Source: Marsupella aquatica (lineage: Eukaryota > Plantae > Marchantiophyta). Taken from it: a stretch of 64,000 bases of DNA. Below are positions 59,032-64,000 of this stretch, in pieces. The first letter of the stretch is position 1. Each line of letters opens with the position of its first letter. The stretch is from the NCBI GenBank assembly GCA_973895155.1, contig OZ316891.1, positions 16,354,248 to 16,418,247 on the forward strand, written 5' to 3'. A program made the position numbers and the translations under genes. The notes under the pieces are model-generated. The model ran no database searches, had not been told where the DNA came from, and saw only the letters and a list, made by a program, of their open reading frames with translations.

Positions 59032-62000
59032 CTGGTTGCAAAGGCCGATACCTTGTTAATAGTCAATGTAAATAAGCCATTTTTTAATTTTTAGTTAATT
59101 CCGTCATTATAGGTTGATGATGCCCCAGGTGACTTTATATTCTTTCTCTCATAATAGTTCTAAGATTTGCGGCGACCTAAGTGGGCAAATATTTTGGGAC
59201 CTTGAAACTAGCCAGGACCAGCCCCATAGGACTTACCGTTTTGCTTCAAGAGCTATTGTTGAGACCCCCATTGCAAAGTCAGGAGAGGGGGGGGTTTTTT
59301 TTAAAATAAATCCCTCCTCAGGAGGGCGAGTCCCATTAGTGGCCGTCCGAGAGAAAGAGGGGCTGCCTCGCGAGCCCATAGGGCTGCGTGCCCGGGCGAT
59401 TAATGGGGCTCCGCGAGCTGAAGGGGCTGCCTCGCGAGCCCATAGGGCTGCGTGCCCGGGCAATTAATGAGGCTCCGCGAGCTGAAGGAGCGCAAGCGAG
59501 CGGGGGGGGGGAGTTAAAGGGCCTCCCGCGAGCTGGGAGGATCACGCGAGCGGGGGGGAGTTAAAGGGCCTCCCGCGAGCTGGGAGGATCACGCGAGCGG
59601 GGGGGAGTTAAAGGGCCTCCCGCGAGCTGGGAGGATCACGCGAGCGGGGGGGAGTTGAAGGGCCTCCCGTGAGCCGGGAGGAATGGCCGCGCGCCCTGCA
59701 TAGGGCCGCGCGCAGGAGGACGCAAGGGTAAGGCCCGAGAAATGGGCCGGGGCGCATGGCGAAGGCGCCAGGAGTTTTTTCGGTTCTATTTTTTTTTCCT
59801 TCCTTTTTCTTTCCCTCTTCCTTTTGCACGACCCTCTCATTGCCGAAAGCAAAAACGGGGTTCTTCTCTCTCTTGCCGGAAGCTCTCTCCAGATTCTAAT
59901 TATTTTTGAAGCTCTCTCTTTCATGGTGGATTAGTGGGGCTTGCTGGCGTCATTCTTCCAGGCATTAGTGGCGGCCGCACGGAGTAGTGACGGGAAATTG
60001 AGAGAATTTAAGTGATCGGGCTACGGGGGCTGTTTCGGGCCAGGGAATTGACATTGCCACGGGTGACGGGATTGGTGATTGAGAAATTGATTTCGGGATG
60101 CATGGATGCTAGATCAACCAGAGTTTAGTGCGTCACGCATTCGGAGATACAAGGCTGCTTACCGTGACTACGTGGAGACTCGGATTACACGGGAAAGGGA
60201 AGAGAGAGAAGTTATGATGAGCACGGGATTGGCAGCGGGTTCCTCACCGGTGGGTAGGAAGATTTTTCATCGAATTTATCCCAAGACCTCCACCAAGGTG
60301 ATGGAGGATTGTCGGAACATTTTCCAAGCCACCGGGCTTACAGAATTCATGAAGGTGGAGATTACCATCCCTTCAGGGAAGAGCTGGGACATTGAGGCCG
60401 GGATGGAGTTCCGAACGGAGGGAATCTACTTTGAATGTCTCAAACGTGTAGTGCCCCATGTGGAGTTGGCTAAGCTATTGTTTCTTGAGAATCAGAAATT
60501 CTCATTCACACCTCGGAATATCAGGGGAGAACTCACGTTGAAAATGGTGGCCACTTGGGTGACCAATCCTACCTCCACCACCGCCATCCCTCTTTCTGCT
60601 GTCAAGGATGTTGAGTATAAGGGCTTCCTGGCCAAGGTGCATCAACGGGTTCTTGGCAACGTGCAATCCGGAGTGCTGAATGAGGAGCATTTCGTGGTAG
60701 CTATGGACATCAAGAACTACCCAGCCCATGTGTACGGATGGTGGTGCTACGGATTGAAGAAGCTATTGGCCGCTGAGCCCGGGAGTGTGAAACCAGGTGG
60801 GGCTGTACATTTGATGGGGTCATTTGTATTGGCCAGGGCAGAAGGGTTGATTGGTTCTCCGGGGCATGAAGACACGGGATCATCTCTCACCACGGAGATC
60901 CGGAGTATTGCCACTACCGTTTTAGGGAAGCTCACGGAGGAATCATTGTCTGCTGGTGGGGAGGATAATAGAGAAGAAGAGAACCAGGAGGATGATTGCA
61001 CATTGGAGTGGCTTGAATCACTCGTGGGAGATCCGAAACAGCCTCTGGAATACAACATTCCGGATGTTTACTTGGCAGAGCTACGGGATTTCAGAGAGGG
61101 AGTCCACGAGGGACTCAAGCTAGTCCACGCATTGAGGGAGTCTCTCAAGCACGCCACAGTCAAAGTAGAGACGTTAGAGCAGAGCATCCTGTCACTGAAG
61201 GAGGTGATCAAGACCAAGGAGCAGACCATTCATGAGAAGGTCAGGCACATCAATGCAGCTCACGTAGAGATCACCAACTTGAAGGGAGCTTTGTCCACCA
61301 AGGCCAAGGAAGCAGAAGAAGTAGGAGCGTTGAGGCAAGCATTGGCCAAAGAGAAGCAAAATTCTGGAGAAGTGATGGAGTGGAGGAACCAGGTGGGAGC
61401 ACTACGGAGTCAGGTGGCAGCCTTTGAGACACGAGCGAAGAGAAGTGAGGCCCTGAGTCTAGGGAAACGGAAGAGTCCCGGCACACCTGGCTCCACACTT
61501 TCCCCGGATGTGATCTCCCAAGCTATCGAGATGGTGGTGAAGGAGGTTAGTGGGAAGTATGGACCCTTGTTGGATGGAGCCAAGAAGAGTCAGGAGAAGA
61601 GTAAGAGCTTGGAGAAGAAGCTCCGGGAGGTACGGAAATCGTTACGGGAGGCTCAGGTCAGTACGGGGATGCCACCCAGGTCTGTCACCCCCGGGACTCC
61701 CATGGCCACGGGGCAAGTTCTACCGTTGGAGTTGCGGTCCGGAGAAGAGGCTACCCTCTGGAAGGACACAATTGGTGAGGGGTACATCAAGGCGTGGCAG
61801 GCCTTGGCTGCTTTGAGGAAGCGCGGGAGCAGCAGCACTAAGAGTACTCCGTCGAAGAAGAAGAAAAGTACGGTGGCACTCACTCCCGTGAGTGATGAGG
61901 AGGAGGACCACTCACGGGGCACAAGTCCGGGCACCGAGAGCGAAGAAGAAGAGGAGGATTAGATAGGCGTACGGACGTGGGTGTACGGCCTCCAGATTTC

Positions 62001-63073
62001 CAACATTTTAGTGGGGGGTCACTCATGGGCTTGTTGGGATGAGCTCGCGGAGCTGATTCCAACAAGAGGCGGCGCTCCTCAAACGGAGCCAGGATGAGCA
62101 AGTTATGGCCTGGAGAACTTATGTTTTTGCGGTACGGAAACGGCCATAACTCAGGCGTCTGAAGTCCGTTGAGGGAGCGACTTAGTGATTCGGAAGCAGG
62201 AAAAGAAGAGCTATCCAGGGGTGAGCTCAGGTGTGCACTTGGAAGGGCACCTAGTTTCGGCCATTTTGGGGTGCCTCTCACTTTCAGGGTTCACGTGTAC
62301 TGTTGGGGCGCCGTCGAAGGCACCGTCGGCCCCCTTGTTTTGGGTTTAGGGTTTTAGCAGCATGTGTGTGCCGCATGCTCCTCTTCAGTTTAAGGATTTC
62401 TCTTAGTGCAAGGTTTTAGCGGCGCCGCTAGGGTAGCCGCCACCGTTGTGACCCTGTGAGGGGTGCTTTGGTGTGATTTTTCAGTATTTAGGGGGATAGC
62501 CCCGAAGTAGTTAGGGGGACTCAGTGTGAAGTTAGCAAGGAGGGATAGAGTGGAGCCTGAGGAGTTTGAAAGCGTGTTCAGAGTAGTGAGGGGGAGCCAT
62601 ACTCATTGTCCGGAGAGGCAGGAGTTGAGTAGACGGCAGGAGGCCGGGTTACTCATGCAATGTGTATCGTTTTTCCCAAGAGATATGGATCTGTACATTT
62701 GACTTGATGGGCTTTTGTTGTGTGTTCCTTCTCCCTTTTTCGCTTTCCGAATTGTGTTCTCCCGTTCTATGATTTGAAGAAACTTGCTTGGTTTGAGTCG
62801 GCCTTGTGAGTAGGGGTGGTGACAGCACTCTTTGGGTGACTCCGAGTGAAGGTGTAGTGGGGTAGTCGGCAGGACTTGATCAAAAGCTGTGGGGTGAGGG
62901 TAGTCGGTAGACTTGATCAAAACCTACATTTCCGGGAGCGGAAACCAAAATACTCATCCTGGTGTGAAAAGAATCCAAATAGCGTCCCTCCACGACCCCG
63001 TAATACGATACCAACGGTTTAAGCGAAGAAAAGTGCGGTTTGCACGTATTAACCGTTGGAGAGGCAAGTGACA
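58996..63073 (+). repeat. Family C 3' LTR (4078 bp)
   Basis: Direct repeat of 48250-52377, followed by TSD CCTAG. Confidence 0.96.
60106..61962 (+). CDS. Family C LTR-encoded protein, 3' LTR copy (618 aa)
   Basis: Intact; the only amino-acid difference noticed versus the 5' copy is KIFRRIY/KIFHRIY. Confidence 0.85.
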   Translation: MLDQPEFSASRIRRYKAAYRDYVETRITREREEREVMMSTGLAAGSSPVGRKIFHRIYPKTSTKVMEDCRNIFQATGLTEFMKVEITIPSGKSWDIEAGMEFRTEGIYFECLKRVVPHVELAKLLFLENQKFSFTPRNIRGELTLKMVATWVTNPTSTTAIPLSAVKDVEYKGFLAKVHQRVLGNVQSGVLNEEHFVVAMDIKNYPAHVYGWWCYGLKKLLAAEPGSVKPGGAVHLMGSFVLARAEGLIGSPGHEDTGSSLTTEIRSIATTVLGKLTEESLSAGGEDNREEENQEDDCTLEWLESLVGDPKQPLEYNIPDVYLAELRDFREGVHEGLKLVHALRESLKHATVKVETLEQSILSLKEVIKTKEQTIHEKVRHINAAHVEITNLKGALSTKAKEAEEVGALRQALAKEKQNSGEVMEWRNQVGALRSQVAAFETRAKRSEALSLGKRKSPGTPGSTLSPDVISQAIEMVVKEVSGKYGPLLDGAKKSQEKSKSLEKKLREVRKSLREAQVSTGMPPRSVTPGTPMATGQVLPLELRSGEEATLWKDTIGEGYIKAWQALAALRKRGSSSTKSTPSKKKKSTVALTPVSDEEEDHSRGTSPGTESEEEEED

Positions 63074-64000
63074 CCTAGTAGCGCTTCAGGGAGTACCAAG
63101 GCAGGAGACAATAACAAATTTGGTAAAGTAGAAGTGACTTTCGATGGTTGGATAACTCCGAACAGTGGAGGCATTGAAGGCGCCTGTTTCTTGTAAGCAG
63201 AAGGGCAAGAAGGTCCCTAAGATTGGTAACCTGCTATGATTCAGTAGTTTACATTTGAAAAGTGCATGGAGTTTTGTGAAGCTTAAGTTGTGAAAGGTAA
63301 ACTTTTCTGTACGAACTAGTTGGAAGAACAAAATCTGAAGTGACATCATGATTGATGTATTAGGTGATTCAAAGACAAATAATCAGAAAGATGGGCCCAG
63401 TGCCTCAGTGACCATAGCCAAGGAGGTATCAGGTAAGGTAAGCTTATGCTTTAAATTCCTCTATATGAATGTTGTGAGACAATTCATTAGTTAATAGATT
63501 CAACCTGAATATTGTGGCTGTTCATAATGGTAAGGTGATAGTGACAACTTTGTGGTTGGTCACATGTACATTTAGTACATGTGATTAGTGATTGACTTAT
63601 GTTGGATAATGCACTGAATTGTAGTTGATGCAGACTTGACAGAGTCTCAACCAAGTGGGAGCAAGGTGAAGCGAGGTCGGAACTTGGGAGCAACATTGGA
63701 TGTAAGTAAGATTGTAGATGCTTCAATTGAAGCAAGTACAATGTTGGCAGATACTGAGATCATGTCGCAGGGAAATCCCGCTACACAATCGGCAGTGTCA
63801 AATATGGATGCAGATTCTTTGAAGAAGAGTGTCCCCAATTCTTGATCACTAGCACAAAACACTCGTGCCAAAGTGATGACTCGCAACCAAGGTATGAACA
63901 ATGTCATGTATAAGTCACCCAAAAAAGCCAAGAAAAACAGCCAGGGTAAGGTGGAGGTGATAGCCACAGCAGAGCCAGTCCATAATCTTCTATCATGGGA

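Larger units (their letters stand above)
48250..63073 (+). mobile_element. Intact, very young Ty3/gypsy non-chromovirus (Athila-like PBS) LTR retrotransposon, family C, 14.8 kb
   Basis: LTRs 48250-52377 and 58996-63073 (TGTGAC..GTGACA), nearly identical; TSD CCTAG at 48245-48249 and 63074-63078; PBS, PPT and a single uninterrupted gag-pol ORF. Confidence 0.97.
47390..64000 (+). pseudogene. Decayed multi-exon low-complexity ORF (possibly the second CACTA gene), split by the family C element
   Basis: Short acidic/Gly-rich coding blocks bounded by GT..AG sites at 47390-48249 and 63079-64000; the frame continues across the insertion (KGHL|VALQGVPR); no recognised domain. Confidence 0.4.

Noticed and set aside
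2416-62920. Numerous short antisense or overlapping ORFs in the six-frame track
   Set aside because: Shadows of the long transposon ORFs with no motifs; their recurrence only reflects repeat duplication.
48250-63073. 4-kb direct repeats as a segmental duplication or assembly error
   Set aside because: TG..CA termini, 5-bp TSD, PBS, PPT and small differences between copies identify them as LTRs.

Overview
Eukaryotic (land-plant-like) transposon nest with no recognisable cellular gene. The oldest layer is a decayed CACTA (En/Spm) element with a possible second multi-exon ORF (~36240-64000). It carries a full-length L1 LINE (37916-45034), a MITE (45776-46140) and a very young, intact 14.8-kb Ty3/gypsy element (family C, 48250-63073). 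A gypsy family-B element (minus strand, 28728-36238) is interrupted in RT by a family-A gypsy element (<1-28727). That element in turn contains a family-B solo LTR (23837-27835), a non-autonomous Bianca-like copia derivative (17136-20100), a 5'-truncated LINE (~12543-15190) and an inverted family-A double-LTR remnant (1726-10118). Main observation: all three non-chromovirus gypsy families have giant LTRs (4.0-4.8 kb), and each LTR wholly contains a long sense-strand ORF (618, ~880 and ~1110 codons). These ORFs have a PMD/Transposase_32-like motif by eye (clear in A and B, weak in C) followed by a long coiled coil, with signs of purifying selection. The accessory gene is therefore part of the LTR: duplicated in full-length copies and retained in solo LTRs. 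Domain calls are by motif recognition only; no database search was run.
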